A stretch of 64,000 nucleotides of DNA from Azolla caroliniana (taxonomy: Eukaryota; Plantae; Polypodiophyta), in assembly GCA_043228905.1 (NCBI GenBank), contig JBHGNT010000018.1, positions 13,640,001 through 13,704,000 on the forward strand, read 5' to 3'. Numbering within the stretch: position 1 is the first letter of the stretch; each line of letters starts with the position of its first letter. The notes under the pieces were generated by a model. That model was not told where the DNA came from and ran no database searches. It saw only the letters and a list, made by a program, of their open reading frames with translations. Positions 36,860 to 50,196 of this stretch are shown here, piece by piece. Both the position numbers and the translations under genes were made by a program.

Positions 36860-37504
36860 CAGAGAGCAACATCAGTAGTAGCCACAACAACAGAAGCAAC
36901 AACAATCGAAGTAGCAGCAGCAAAAGCCGATGGAACAACTACCCGATGAACCGTTGGAACCCCTGGACCAGAGTATTCTGGACATTCTGGAAGATGAGTA
37001 AAGGGGCTAACCCGTGGGTTCGACGTACAAGGTATTGTCCCACGGGCGTGCCATGTGTTGGCCGGTTAGGGCAAAGTATGAAAGGGGAGCCGGTTTTCTA
37101 ATAAAGGGAGGTGTAATTAGAATTACTTATTATAATTATAAGATTGGACAGGCGGACCCAGAATCAATATTCCGATCCGGATCTAGATAGGTTTGTAGCT
37201 AGTTGCCGGTTGGCACCGGTTTGTAACACAGCCGGATACCTATAAAAGGATCCAGATATGATGTAACCGAAGACAGATAATTAATAGAGAAGTGTTGCTA
37301 TTTTCATATCTTGTCTATCCTGTTATTTCCATTCTGTGCTTAATGATGTTGATTCTACACGTGTAACTAATCGATCCGGATACGGATCGGAGAGGGTCGG
37401 TTCTGTGTTACGCGTAGTCTTCCCATTCCTTACCGTACCACCCCTTTGGTGAAGTGTTCTGGAAGGACACCCTGTGTTAGTGGCTTGTCCAGCCCAGGAT
37501 TAAC
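36860..37504 (+). mobile_element. Probable remnant of another LTR element (PPT + LTR)
   Basis: Purine tract AAAGGGAGG then TGTAATTAG at 37112, and TATAAAA at ~37241. The right end is uncertain. Confidence 0.4.
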
Positions 37505-37559
37505 AAATACACATAGTATGAAATGATTTTGTTTTAAATTAAAGTGGGAGAAATTTGGA

Positions 37560-38535
37560 GGCCATTGCTTTGGATGTTGTAAATGGTGCCACTTTATGAT
37601 TGAATGTGACATCATTATCCTTTGGATATGGAGATCCCTAATGATGGGGTTGGTAAGGACAGAGTTGGGAGAGATGTTGGTATGTCACATATTTTGGTCT
37701 CTATTGATGAAGGAACATCATAGCATCATTTGGAGCATATGACAAAAATGCCCCATGTCAAATTTCTAGTTCTAAGAATAAGGGAAGTTGATTTGCTAAA
37801 TCAAAGTCGAAGGGAAATTTAATGAATATGCAATGTAATAGTTTGCCCTCTACTCGTGATATTACATGGCAAGGTAGTTTAGGAACAAGAGGGAGGGCGT
37901 TAAAAAGCTCCTTAGCAATGACAATTTACAAATAAGGGATTATCCCTTCAACTTCAATTTGATTCATCGAGATGGGTTGAAAATACTTTTAATCCTCGAG
38001 TTTTTGTCATGTTTGAGGACCTAAACAAAAGGTTTATGTAAATGGCCCTACGGATGTGGGTAATGAAAACTTGCATGCAATGCTGGAATATGCTTTGACT
38101 AGTTTCAATGGATTGGTTTCTTTGAAGTAGCAAGTGAACCCTTAACATCATTGATTGAATGAAAGTAGTAAAATGGAATATGAGAGGGGAATGTTCTCCT
38201 AATAAGAAGTACATACTATGGCAAACTAAGTAGAGAATGAGATATATAGTGTGCACTTGAGCATAAGTGTCATGAGTTAGCAAGGTCCACAATTCATTAC
38301 GTGTATATTCGTCATATTAATAAGTAATCATTATTCATTTGTAGCATTAATTTTGTGGGATCAATATTATCCTCAAATTGTGTATAATGATCCTTCTGGT
38401 AAATTTTTGGTTATGGACATCATTTATTTTGGTAAGGTTATATGGTTGGTGGGGATTTATGTCCCTAACCAAGCTACTCAAGATATTGCATTATGGGGCT
38501 CACTTCTTCAAACCCTGTTTGTGGGCCACTCGTGA
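37560..38535 (+). mobile_element. Highly degenerate LINE (endonuclease) remnant
   Basis: DPSGKFLVMDI..WLVGIYVPN resembles the L1 endonuclease D..GR..NIYAPN segment. Confidence 0.45.
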
Positions 38536-38925
38536 TTACTAATATTATTGCAAGCAATAGAGGAGATACTTTTACATATTTCATACACATGAAAAAGCAT
38601 GAGGCATGCCACACTTTGATGTTGGAGGCCCAAAACAAACAGGAAGGTGAGACAATTAAGGTTTTATAAGTTGTCAATTGTCCAATGGGGTTCTTGGAAT
38701 ATTTTCAAACATATAAGTTAGTTTAACTATAGGATAAATATGAAGGACATATCCAAGGGTATACCCATGGACATAAATATAACTTGTGTTTCACAAATGT
38801 ATACATTGTCTAAACAACATAATCATAAACCAATGTTAGTCATCCTCATCTTGGCTTTGTGGAATATTTCATGTTCTTTATACAATCTTAGAAACCTCTA
38901 TGGAAATTGAAGGTATAATTTCTTT

Positions 38926-39378
38926 TAACAATCGGCAACAATTCAGTTTGAACGGAACCAAACCGTGAAACCGTGGCTTAATGGTTTAATGGTTCGGTTC
39001 AGATTCAAGTTTTTTGAAAGGTTCGGTTAGGTTTGGGGGTTTTAATAGTTTGGTTTGAAACCACGGTTATCTACGGTTTGATGGTTTTTAAATATTTTTT
39101 CAAACAACCTTTTCATTTTTAAGTTTTAACCCTAATTCTCACATTTTAGGAAAAATCTATAAATTTTTGAAAATTAAAAATTTTAAAATTTTAATTGAAA
39201 ATTTGAGGTTTGACCTAAGTTGAAAACCAAACGCGAACCACAAAACCGCGGTCTTAACGGTTTAACGGTATGGATTTCTACCTAACGGTTTCGTGGTTCG
39301 GTTTGGTTCAAGTTTCCAAAATTTTAAACGGTTCGGTTTTGACACTCTCGAACCAAACCAAACCATTGCCAATTGTTA
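38926..39378. mobile_element. hAT-type MITE
   Basis: TIRs TAACAATCGGCAA / TTGCCAATTGTTA, 8-bp TSD ATTTCTTT/ATTGCTTT (7/8), and subterminal AACCG/CGGTT repeats. Confidence 0.85.
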
Positions 39379-40833
39379 ATTGCTTTGGTAGTTGATAATA
39401 ACCTAGAATGTAGATGTAGCTTCTTTGGTAGCTAGTATAGCATGCATTTATTTTTATTTTCATTTATTTTTTAATTTGTAAAATAGATTTTAGACATTTC
39501 TACGATAGATAGTCATTTATTTTCACCCAATGAGACGGCATCAACCTCAATCGCTACATGCAAAACAAGGTCAAGTAAAAGATCTTTATGAACCGAGCAA
39601 CACATCCTCTCCATCAAGGAGGAACATATATCTGAATGTTGATGTAATTATTGTCACTTGCTATGGTCAAGCTCTACATCTATAGCCTACAAGTTCTATT
39701 GCCAAACATATATTAGATAAGCATAATGTTAATAGCACAACACAAACACAAACTTCTAGAAGTTCTAGTACTCTTCTTGTGCAATCTCAAATAAATGCAT
39801 ATATATCTACTTTAGCTATATCTCATACATTAGAGAAGAAATTTTATAGTTCTACTATTAGATATATAGGTTCAACAATGTCACCTCATGGGCATGTTGT
39901 GCCCTTTAGTTTAAGAAGATTAGTGCATGATTTCTCGCATATTATCAACTTAAATAAGCTCATAGAGTTAAAAGATTAATATTAATCGAATGTATGTTGT
40001 TTTTTGTGTATTACTTAATTTTTATTTGTCCTCACAAAGTTTTACATATGTTATGACATGATGGGTGGAAAAATTATAGTTTAAAAGAATTTTATCCTAT
40101 GATTTTACATTGGGTCTTTTTAGAGTCTAGCAAGCCAATTAGTATGGCTTTAGACTTTCTTTGAATGGGGTAGGAAAAGGTTCATACAAGCTTTATTCTC
40201 GCATCCAAAAGCATTTGGTATCTCTTCACATCTTCTATCCACAACATCTGATGGTGCTAGTTAAAGTCTAATCGCATCAAAAAACTAGCTAGGTTATTGC
40301 TTAGTCATCATGGACCATACATTTTACAATCATTACATATGTTAAGATGCATGGTTCATATATCAGCTTGGTGTAAAGTTTGCATTAGAGCTTATCACTC
40401 TTCCTAAGGAAGACATTACATTCTATACACACAACTTTAAAGTTAGTTGGGCTATTTTTAAGAAATATCCGAAAAATATGCGTAACAATGGAGAGCAAGA
40501 ATCATCGTGTTTAGATTGTGTCACTAGATGGAATTCAACTCTAGTAATGTATCAACAAACCATAAAGTTAAGAGATATCATGAGTTGTACCATAAGTAAC
40601 AAGGTTATTGCTCATGAGTTTGTTGACCGTTCACTCTCAATAGATGATTGGAATCATGTAAGTATGGATCAATGCTTCCTTGTGCCTTCTATAAATTTTA
40701 ATTACATGAGTGGCTCAAAGTACCCAATCCTTTGAATAGCAACACTTGCATTCAAAAATTTATTATCACATTGTAATAATTATATATCTATGGATATGAG
40801 AGGGTCAATCTTGACGTTCAATGAGAAGTTAGT

Positions 40834-43800
40834 TGTTAGAGTTAATATGCGGAAGCGTATGACAAACCGGCTCAGCCGGATACCAACAAAACGTAGAGAA
40901 GAAGGTTTAATGGAGACATTACACAGAGAGTACATGGGAGAGACAAAGAGAGCAAAACATAAACTAAATTCAAAAAAAAAAATGCTACGTAATAAGCTGG
41001 ATCCGTAGGCCTCTAACGGCCTACCGGTTTCAATCTGATTCGGCTCCTGGTTCTGGATATCATCTAGACACCGATCTGGCTCTTCGTTCCGGATACCGAT
41101 CTGGATCCAGTTGAGCTTGCTTGCTCAACACTCCCCCTCAAGCTCAACGTGAGGCTGGATCGTGGTGTCAATGTCTACAGTAGCCGGTCCTTTCCTCTGG
41201 CTCATTATGGCGTCTTATCGCCTTGCTCGCGCTCCTTGTCCGGTCCGGTTACGCGTCCCACGGCCCGTCCGGTTCTGCGCACCTCGACCTCCTTGGTCGG
41301 CTTGTCTGCTCAGCAGACCTATCTTAGCTCCTTCTCTGCTATGACTCCGGCACTTGTCAACCCATCAGTTCCTCCATATCGGTGTCAATTCCACTGCCTT
41401 CTCGTTTGCTTGGCCTTTAGTTGATCTGGCTCCTCCGAATGAAATTGTTGAACCGAATTGGCTTCCTCCGATTTGTTCCAGCTCTTGTCCGAATCAGTTG
41501 CCTCCGATTCATTCCGGCTCTTGTCCGAGTTGGTAGTCTCCAACTCGTCTTCCGTTTTCAAGCCCTTCACCACATTAGACCACATTCGGGTCTTGGCCTT
41601 CTTCCGGTCGGCTCTGTCCTTCTTGACTCTGTCGCCGTTGCCGCATGCTCCGACTTGCTCGGATATGTTGACTTTTCCAGTTGAATCAACTTCCTTTTTC
41701 TTCTTATCTCCCCCTGTCTTGGTTCGTTCCTCTTTCTCAAAAAAAAAAAATGCTACGTAATAAGCTGGATCCGTAGGCCTCTAACGGCCTACCGGTTTCA
41801 ATCTGATTCGGCTCCTGGTTCTGGATATCATCTAGACACCGATCTGGTTCTCCGATCCGGATATCGATCCGGATCCGGTTGAGCTTGCTCGCTCAACACT
41901 CCCCCTCAAGCTCAACGTGAGGCTGGATCGTGGTGTCAATGTCTACAGTAGCCAGTCCTTTCCTCTGGCTCATTATGGCGTCTTATCGCCTTGCTCGCGC
42001 TCCTTGTCCGGTCCGGTTACGCGTCCCACGGCCCGTCCGGTTCTGCGCACCTCGACCTCCTTGGTCGGCTTGTCTGCTCAGCAGACCCATCTTAGCTCCT
42101 TCTCTGCTATGACTCCGGCACTTGTCAACCCATCGGTTCCTCCGTATCGGTGTCAATTCCACTGCCTTCTCGTTTGCTTGGCCTTTAGTTGATCTGGCTC
42201 CTCCGAATGAAATTGTTGAACTGAATCGGCTTCCTCCGATTTGTTCCAGCTCTTGTCCGACTCAGTTGCCTCCGATTCATTCCGGCTCTTGTCCGAGTTG
42301 GTAGTCTCCAACTCGTCTTCCGTTTTCAAGCCCTTCACCACATTAGACCACATCCGGGTCTTGGCCTTCTTCCGGTCGGCTCTGTCCTTCTTGACTCTGT
42401 CGTCGTTGCCGCATGCTCCGAATTGCTCGGATATGTTGACTTTTCCAGTCGACCCAACTTCCTTTTTCTTCTTATCTCCCCTTGTCTTGGTTCGTTCCTC
42501 TTTCTCTCCGGCTCCTTGTCTAGTGCCATTACCCGTTCTCCCCCTCAAGTGTGGCACGTCGAGATGTTGAATGTCGAGCATCTTCGAAAAGTGTTGCAAC
42601 TTGTCCGATCCGAGCGGCTTGGTGAAGATGTCAGCAACCTACTGAAGTTCAACTTCACTGCTCAAGACCCGCTCACGGATAAAGTGCTAATGTACTTCAA
42701 TGTGCTTTGTCCGAGTATGGAATACAAGCTTCTTGGCGAGTTGTATGCTGCTTACATTGTCGCAGTAGATCAGGATCGGGGTCGGCACCTCGATCCGGAG
42801 GTCTCGCAGCAGTTGCCGAAGCTAGATGGATTCACAGGTGGCAATGGTAGCGCCCCGGTACTCAGTCTCAATGCTCGAGAGAGCCACTTTTGGCTGTTTT
42901 TTGCTGCTCCATGCAACAGTCGCGCTACCAAGAGAGAACATATAACCGGAGGTGGATCGGTGATCCGATGCATCACCAGACCAGTCAGCATCGGTATATC
43001 TGACTAGTTTCCCAGTTATACTGTGTCGGTATAATAGTCTCCAGTCCTTCGTGCCACTCACATATCGCAATAGTCGATGCGTGCACTGAAGGTGCTCCAT
43101 GGTTGGATTCTGCATAAACTAGCTGATCACTCCAACCGGATAACTGATGTCGGGTTGGGTGATTGTCAAGTAGATAAGGCTTCAGACAGTTTGTCAAAAC
43201 CGTTTCTCATTGCAGGCCGGTTCGGAGTCGGGACGTAGCTTTAGGTTGCGGTCTAGGGGTGTGGAGATCGGTCAGCATTCCGTCATGCCGAACTTGTACA
43301 ACATATTCAACACATAATGGTGTTGTGAGAGCAATATGCTGTCAGGGGTCCGGATCACCTCGATCCCAAGAAAATAATGAAGGTTCCCAAGGTTCTTCAT
43401 TTCAAATGCGTCCGACAACTAGGACTTCACACGGCCGATTTCATGGAGTCCGGGTCCGGTGATGACTTGATCATCTACATATACTAGGATACAAACCGGA
43501 CCGTACGGACCTTTCCGGATGAACAGTGAAGAGTCGGACTTTGAGGCCGCAAACCCCATCTTACGCAACCGTTGCGTGATTTTCGCATTCTATGGGGGGG
43601 GGGGGGGGGGGGGGCTTGTTTCAAACCATAAAGTGACTTTTTGAGTCAGCACACCGCCGACCTGTTCAGCTCCAATTGAAAACCGAGGGGTTGGATCATA
43701 TAGACCCATTCTTCAAGGTCACCTTGAAGAAACGCATTCTTCATGTCCATTTGGTGAAGATGCCATCCCCTTGCCGCAGCAAACAACCAGTACCACACGA

Positions 43801-46800
43801 ACCATCGTCATCTTTGCAACTAGAGCAAAGGTCTCATTGTAATCAATTCTGTGGGTCTGTACGTATCCCTTCGCCACTAACTGAGCCTTGTACCAGTTGA
43901 CCGAACCGTCGGCATGGTACTTTACCTTATATACCCACTTACAACCGATCGGTTTACAATGACAGAGAGGGTCAACTAGGTCCCATGTGTCGTTGGCATC
44001 GAGTGCCCGCATTTCTTCCTCCATAGCATCATGCCAATTTGCATTTTTCGCTGCTTCTGCGTAGCTGTCCGACTCACGCACTTCCGCCACCTTGGTCATG
44101 TATGCATAGTGATGCGCCATGTACTCATTGTATCCATACCGTTTTACGAGGCTCTTTTGGCGGGTTGACCGGTGCACTTTTCCGTCAACCGGTTTGAGGC
44201 CCTTCTTGGTCGGCTCGAACTTCTGTCCAAAGTCAGAATCACTCCGATCTGACTCTTTGCTTCCGGTGAACCATCTCCTCGGTTCCTTGCACGGGGAGAG
44301 CATGGCAGAGTCTCCACGACTTGCCAGTTCTTCATCCTACTGGTCATTCCGACTCAGCCACTCATTCAACCCACTTAGCGGAAATGAGATCAGACTCTCA
44401 TATAGAGTACCGAATTCTTCATCTTCTACATGAACCTCTTCAGGTTCACTAGCCTCATCCTCCAGAATCGAGTCTTCGTCGGGAGTTGGAGTCGGTAGAG
44501 AGTACCATGATGTCGTCTCATCAAACTCGACATCTTAACTTACTCGGACCTATTTAGTCTGGGCGTTATAACACTTATACCCCTTCTGTTCATGCGAGTA
44601 GCCGATAAGTATGTACTTCTCCGACTTCGGATCCAGCTTCCTCCACTTCTCATCCGGTACATGCACATATGCTATGCTACCGAATACCCGAAGGTGTCTC
44701 AAATTCGGTTTCCGCCCGAAATACAGCTCATGTGTTGACACCTTATCTCCGATCCGGTTTTGGATGTAGATGGTCGTCCGGACCGCCTCAACCCAATACA
44801 ACCTGGGCATGCTTTACTCCTCCAGCATTGCCCTTGCCGCATCGACAACCGACCGGTTCTTTCGCTCAACCACACCATTATGTTCCGGTGTGTATCAGTA
44901 GCTGAATTCTCTCCGAATTTCTTTTTGTTGCAGATAACACTATTCAATTGGCCGGAAAAGTATTCTTTTCCACCATCTAACCGCAGGCACTTGATCTTTC
45001 TTTCTATTTCCCTCTCGATTAGGCTTTGTAGATTCTGGAAACAGTCGAAGACTTCACTTTTTCTCTCAATGAGGTAGATCCATGTGTGCCAGTTGTAGCC
45101 CTCAATGAAGGAGATGAAATATCGACTCCCGCCAAGACTAACATTATGTGCCAGTCCCCATACATCCGAATGGATTAAGTCGAGCTTGTTACAGTTGTGG
45201 TTTTGTTCGATGGGGAATGGAAGCCGGTGTTGCTTCCCGAGTTGGCAGGCTTCACATATTTGGGCCTTCTGACCACTGAATTTTGGCAATCTGAGAACAA
45301 CCTGTTTCGATTGCAGGTCTTGAAACCTCCGGTAGTTGCCGTGGCCAATTCGCTTGTGCCAGAGATCGATGTCTGATTCAGTCTTCTGTCCTTTGGCAAA
45401 CAAGGCGGTGCCTACGTCATTGGTGTTGAGGATGAACATCCTCCCATCTCTGCGCCCTTATGCGATTATATGGCCCTCTTCCATGGTAAAGCACCCGAGG
45501 TGCGTAAACCGCACCCGCATTCCCTGGTCGACGATTTGTCCAACCGACACCAGGTTCTTTGTGATTGTCGGAATGTGACGTATGTTCATCAGCTTTCCCC
45601 TTTGTCCAACATGGCTCAAAGGGACTTCTCCGACATGCACAATCGGGTGAGGGATGTCGTCTCCAGTTTCAACAATTCCCGGTTGTTTAGGGTATAGATG
45701 CGTTCTTCATGGCTCGTCATGTGATTAGATGCGCCGGAATCAACGTACCACACTTCCTCTGATCCGGAAGTGGTCTTCTTCATCGAGTTCGCGTTGTGCT
45801 TCATCACGAAGGTTGGCCCTTTACTAGTCTTCCCAGTAACGGATCCTTTTGCGTAGTGTGAGCTTTGTCGGTTTCCCTGTCCGGCCTTACCGGATCCCGA
45901 TTTTTTCGTCGCGCTTCTTCCAGCACTTGTTCTCTCTCTGTGGCCTTTCTTGCCACAATACCAACATTCCGTGTTGGCCTTCGCTTGCCGGTTCCCAGCG
46001 CCGTTTTGACTCCCCCTACTCGTGGAGGGTCCGGAACTGCTTTCGGCACTGTCTCAGTGCCTTCGATTCTATTCTTGCCAACCGCCTCCGTTGCGTGCTG
46101 ACCCACCTCGTCCTCCACACCCACGAGGATGGTCCGCCTCCATGTACAACATCCGGTTGTCCGATTGAAGTGGTCCTTGACCCACTCGCATGGTTTCCTT
46201 TCACCATAAGCATCGATTGCAAGTCGAAGAAGGATGGTGGATTCTCCTGGGTGCAGATCGTTTGTTCCTTCCACATAGCTCGAGTAACCATGCCCTAGTA
46301 GATACTGGTGCATTTTATATGACTAGGATGCATAGTTGCCAACTTGCCATACCTTTGTCCATCTTGGTTCTCTTCTGCTCTTCACCGGGTGTTAGGGTTT
46401 GTCTTCGAAAGCGTTTGTCAGCTGTAGAGGAGTCTCAACCCTCGCGCTCTGATACCATGTTAGAGTTAATATGCGGAAGGATATGACAAACCGGCCCAGC
46501 CGGATACCAATAGAACGTAGAGAAGAAGGTTTAATGGAGACCTTACACAGAGAGTACTCTGGAGAGACAGAGAAAGAAAAACATAAACTAAATTCAAAAA
46601 ATAATAATCCTTTGTACATAGAATGTGCTCAAAGAGCACTTTTATACAAGTCCATAAAGGACTAACAGGTACTTCAATGCTCATACGCGCGACTGGCACT
46701 GACTCCCAAAAATATGCCTACGTACTGGGTTGGATCCGTAGGCCTCTAACGGCCTACCGGTTTCAATCCGATCCGGCTCCTGGTTCCGGATATTATCCGG

Positions 46801-46887
46801 ACATCGATCCGGTTCTCCGTTCCGGATACCAATCCGACTCTGGTTTATTCCGCCGATCCAGATCCGGTTGAGCTTGCTCGCTCAACA
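40834..46887 (-). mobile_element. Ty1/Copia element, full-length but decayed, with duplicated 3' end
   Basis: 5' LTR 46458-46887, PBS-Met GCTCTGATACCA 46446-46457, 3' LTR 40834-41130, PPT 41131-41142, TSD TTAGT/CTAGT. Motifs: WYVDSGASNHM, WHKRIGH, CEACQLGK, IHSDVWG, CKWVYKVK, YTDADW, WSSKKQ. Confidence 0.93.
40970..42505. repeat. 768-bp tandem duplication (partial LTR + PPT + 3' internal region)
   Basis: Paired ORFs 41149/41917, 41162/41930 and 41354/42122 are offset by 768. There is a second LTR end at 41898 and PPT at 41899. The copies differ by scattered substitutions. Confidence 0.92.
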
Positions 46888-48198
46888 CTAGTCACAAATG
46901 TTTATAATACCTAATCTAGTACTAAGAATTGTTGAAATCCATTCCATCTTGAATCACAATGTTTCTTGACCCAATGGATTTTTGTTAGATCGATATTTTC
47001 ATTTTTTGTTTATAATCTATAATTATATACTATTTAAATTCTTTTACTAATATAGTCTTCTATCTTTTTGTAGAGTTCCAAAACCAAGTACATAATCCAA
47101 TAGAGAGAAAACCAAATATAGAATTGGTCCAAAATGTATTAGATGCAAACTATCGTCAAAGATGGGCATGACATTTTGGTTGGATCTACTTAATAATGCA
47201 AACATTTCTACACTGGAAGATATTAATGATGCGCATCACAATTTAGATATTGATTTAGAAGACATGATGGCGTAGGATGATGTTATGGAGTACTTGTACT
47301 TGGACAAACAATAAATCTTTGGAATTTTGGAATACTTGATCTTTACTTAATGATGACATTAGATACTAGATAGTTTGATTGTTCGATGTTGACACCATAT
47401 ATATTGATTGTTAGAAAGAGCTTCTAAATTGTCAACAAACTCCTTTTTTGGCCAAATGGGATTAATTTGAATGCGAAATATGTATATTCAGCTTTGGAAC
47501 TTGTACTATGTAGCATGTAATATAGAATGTTAATATGTATATAGTTTGAAAACAATTAAAAAATATAATTATTTGAATACAATGTTGTAGACTCTTGATG
47601 CACAATGCACATTGTAATTTGCCACAACAAACTTACAAAGTTATGAATTATATTTATTTAAGTATGAACGAATGACAATGACCATATGAAAATCGAACGA
47701 AATTTAGGTACGAGCAAGCAAACAAAAAATTTCGTGGTATTTTTCGAAATTTTCTCGTAATATTTCTCCATAACAAGCAATATTAATAGCTACATATATT
47801 GAGCATGCGCAGTTTGGGATCCGGGTTGGATTCAAGTTTGAAATATCGTAAACGAGTTAAGGGTGAAACCGATTTGTCTTGGGACAATGCTAATACATAC
47901 ATAAACCGGTTGAGCCCAAGCGGGGTAACTAACTGTGGTCTGGTCAATTCCTAGGGGCGAGGCGAGGCTTGGTTTGTCATTGCCAGTTAGTTCGTTAGTT
48001 ACTTGGATTTGGATCCATCCATCCATCCATGGCCTTTAGAATTCCGCCCCCCTTTTCCTGCTCTTTTTATATTATATACATATATGTGTACATAAGTATG
48101 TACATACATATGTCTGTCTGTCTGTCTGTGTGCGTGCTCGGTACTACAAGTAAATAAAACCACTGTCGGCCTTTTATTTACAAGATCTCCATAGAAGC

Positions 48199-48218
48199 AA
48201 ACCCTAATCCAACCCTAA
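48199..48218 (+). promoter_or_regulatory. Telo-box motifs in DnaJ 5' region
   Basis: AAACCCTAA and AACCCTAA lie immediately upstream of the ATG, with a site II-like TGAGCCCA at ~47910. Confidence 0.5.
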
Positions 48219-48224
48219 TTTTAG

Positions 48225-48839
48225 ATGATGGCCCTGCCTCTTTTCACACGTTGCCGCGCCATCTCCTCCTCCACCTCCAACAGACATGTCAGCAGCCACT
48301 ACTACCCATCCTCAACGCCGCCGCCGCCGCCGCCTCGCACAAATCCCCTATCCCTATCCCTTACCATCTCCACCTCTCCCTCCATAACCATCCCCAATTT
48401 CCCCCAATTCGATCATCATCATCATCATTTCGATCATGTCCCTGACTGTCAAGATCATTCTATGACCCTCTATGACGTGCTCCAAATCCCTCCCACCGCC
48501 ACTCTTGCGGAAGTGAAGGCCTCTTTCCGACGCCTCGCACGGCTTTACCACCCGGATGCATTGGCACGGCGCAGCTCTGGAAGCAGTTGGGGGCATGAGT
48601 GCACCACTCAACATTTCCTCAGCATCCATGCCGCCTACATTGCCCTGTCTGATGCACAAATCCGTGCGCGCTACGACCTCCAGCTACACTTTCAAAGCCG
48701 AAATTCTGACTCCACTTCACACTGTGACCCTAAGGTAGGGCATCATGATGTTGTTGGAGCTCATCCTTATGCTCGGTATCCCATATACAGCCAATCGATG
48801 AGGCCTGGAAGAAGTTGGGAAACTGACCAATGCTGGTAG
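48225..48839 (+). CDS. J11: Chaperone protein DnaJ 11-like (chloroplast J-protein, type C)
   Basis: Ser/Pro-rich transit-like N-terminus, J-domain LYDVL..YHPD..RARYD, and the family C-terminus GRSWETDQCW. Intronless. Confidence 0.92.
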   Translation: MMALPLFTRCRAISSSTSNRHVSSHYYPSSTPPPPPPRTNPLSLSLTISTSPSITIPNFPQFDHHHHHFDHVPDCQDHSMTLYDVLQIPPTATLAEVKASFRRLARLYHPDALARRSSGSSWGHECTTQHFLSIHAAYIALSDAQIRARYDLQLHFQSRNSDSTSHCDPKVGHHDVVGAHPYARYPIYSQSMRPGRSWETDQCW

Positions 48840-50196
48840 TTAGGAGGAGGTAGGTACAATATTCTTGTACCTTGACATTCAAGTCAACTTCTTTGGTAAA
48901 CCTCATTTAAGGATGCCCACACTCGTTGACAGCATAGTTGGTTTGGCCGGACAATCACAAGTCATGAACAATTTTCGGATTCCCGAATCCCAACCAACAC
49001 TGTCTTTTCTCTGGGAGATCTTGATTGTATGTAGTAGGCATGGTAGGCTTCCCAAAATAGGTGTGATGTCTCTCAACCTCTAATGTACACCAATGTTGCA
49101 AATCCTCAAGGTCTTACATACCAAGTCTTTCTTTGTGGGAAACTCCTTCGGATAGTATAACTTTCTTTGTAAAAATTTGAAGTTTTTGCACAATAAGAAA
49201 CCTATTGAAATACAAGATGGCAATACTCCGTTTTCCATTTAAATCCCCACTACTATTACTGCCATGATGCAACAAATTTCTTGGGCGTTAATAATTTTGT
49301 TTTTTATAACCAAAGGCCCTCATGGCCTGCAACCTAGAAACAAATGGAATCTAAAGAATTCTTTAGGACTTTTTAACATCTGGTGTGTCTATGATAATCA
49401 AACTCCACACACAAGCTAATATGCCAACACATCCAAGTACACAACCTAAACACCACAATACTACCAACATATGAGGTTACACTTACAACTGTAACATCTC
49501 GTAACGTATCACTTCTATGTAGGATGAATATACTCAATGATATATATGTATGTCCATGATGCATCAACCACAATTCCCTAGTGACCATTGATAGATAGTA
49601 GAATTAAATAGATCTCTATCAATAATTACTAAAGTTTACAAGACATTGATAAATGAATACAATGGAAGCCTTGTAACATACCAAGTGTACATTGCCATTT
49701 GAAGAGATCAACCATTAACATCGACATTAGCATCCAAATTCAATACTTACAAGTTACATGCATAATGGCAAACAGTTATTACAGAGCCAGATATATTAGG
49801 CAAAATCCAGTGGAGCACTATTAAAGCTCTAAACACGAAAACCTCTCTAGGCAATAATTTGTAACTTCAACAAGAACATGAGTGCATACAAAATTCTAGG
49901 GAATTATCTTTTATTGTAAAGTGGAAATCATTTGTCTTCGACAACTTAGATTTTGAGATAGCAAATCATCAACCACTGGTCCTTTCTTGTATTCATCTAT
50001 TTTTAGAAAAGGCTACAATAATACAAAATCAAAATATGGCAGTGAAACACTCAGCCAACACTAATATTAAGTCACATATGATGAATATAATTCAAAATGT
50101 GACCTTTATTTTTACCTAATTCTTAGGTAAAAAAATCACTACTTCTAAACAACATTGTGTGCATGTGTGCATGTGTGCCCACACATGCTGAGCATC

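Larger units (their letters stand above)
39530..47280 (+). pseudogene. hAT (Ac/RICESLEEPER-like) transposase relic interrupted by a Copia element
   Basis: Broken-frame motifs LSTTSDGAS, LRCMVHI, LDCVTRWNSTLVM and MSGSKYP lie before the Copia insertion, and MFLDP lies after it. Confidence 0.75.

Noticed and set aside
42836-42856. GGTGGCAATGGTAGCGC resembling a tRNA D-arm
   Set aside because: It is the antisense of Copia RNase H coding sequence (EYRGATIAT), with no T-arm or cloverleaf.
43594-43614. Poly-G tract as a functional G-quadruplex
   Set aside because: It is a homopolymer expansion within decayed RT coding sequence (YGLKQAP region).
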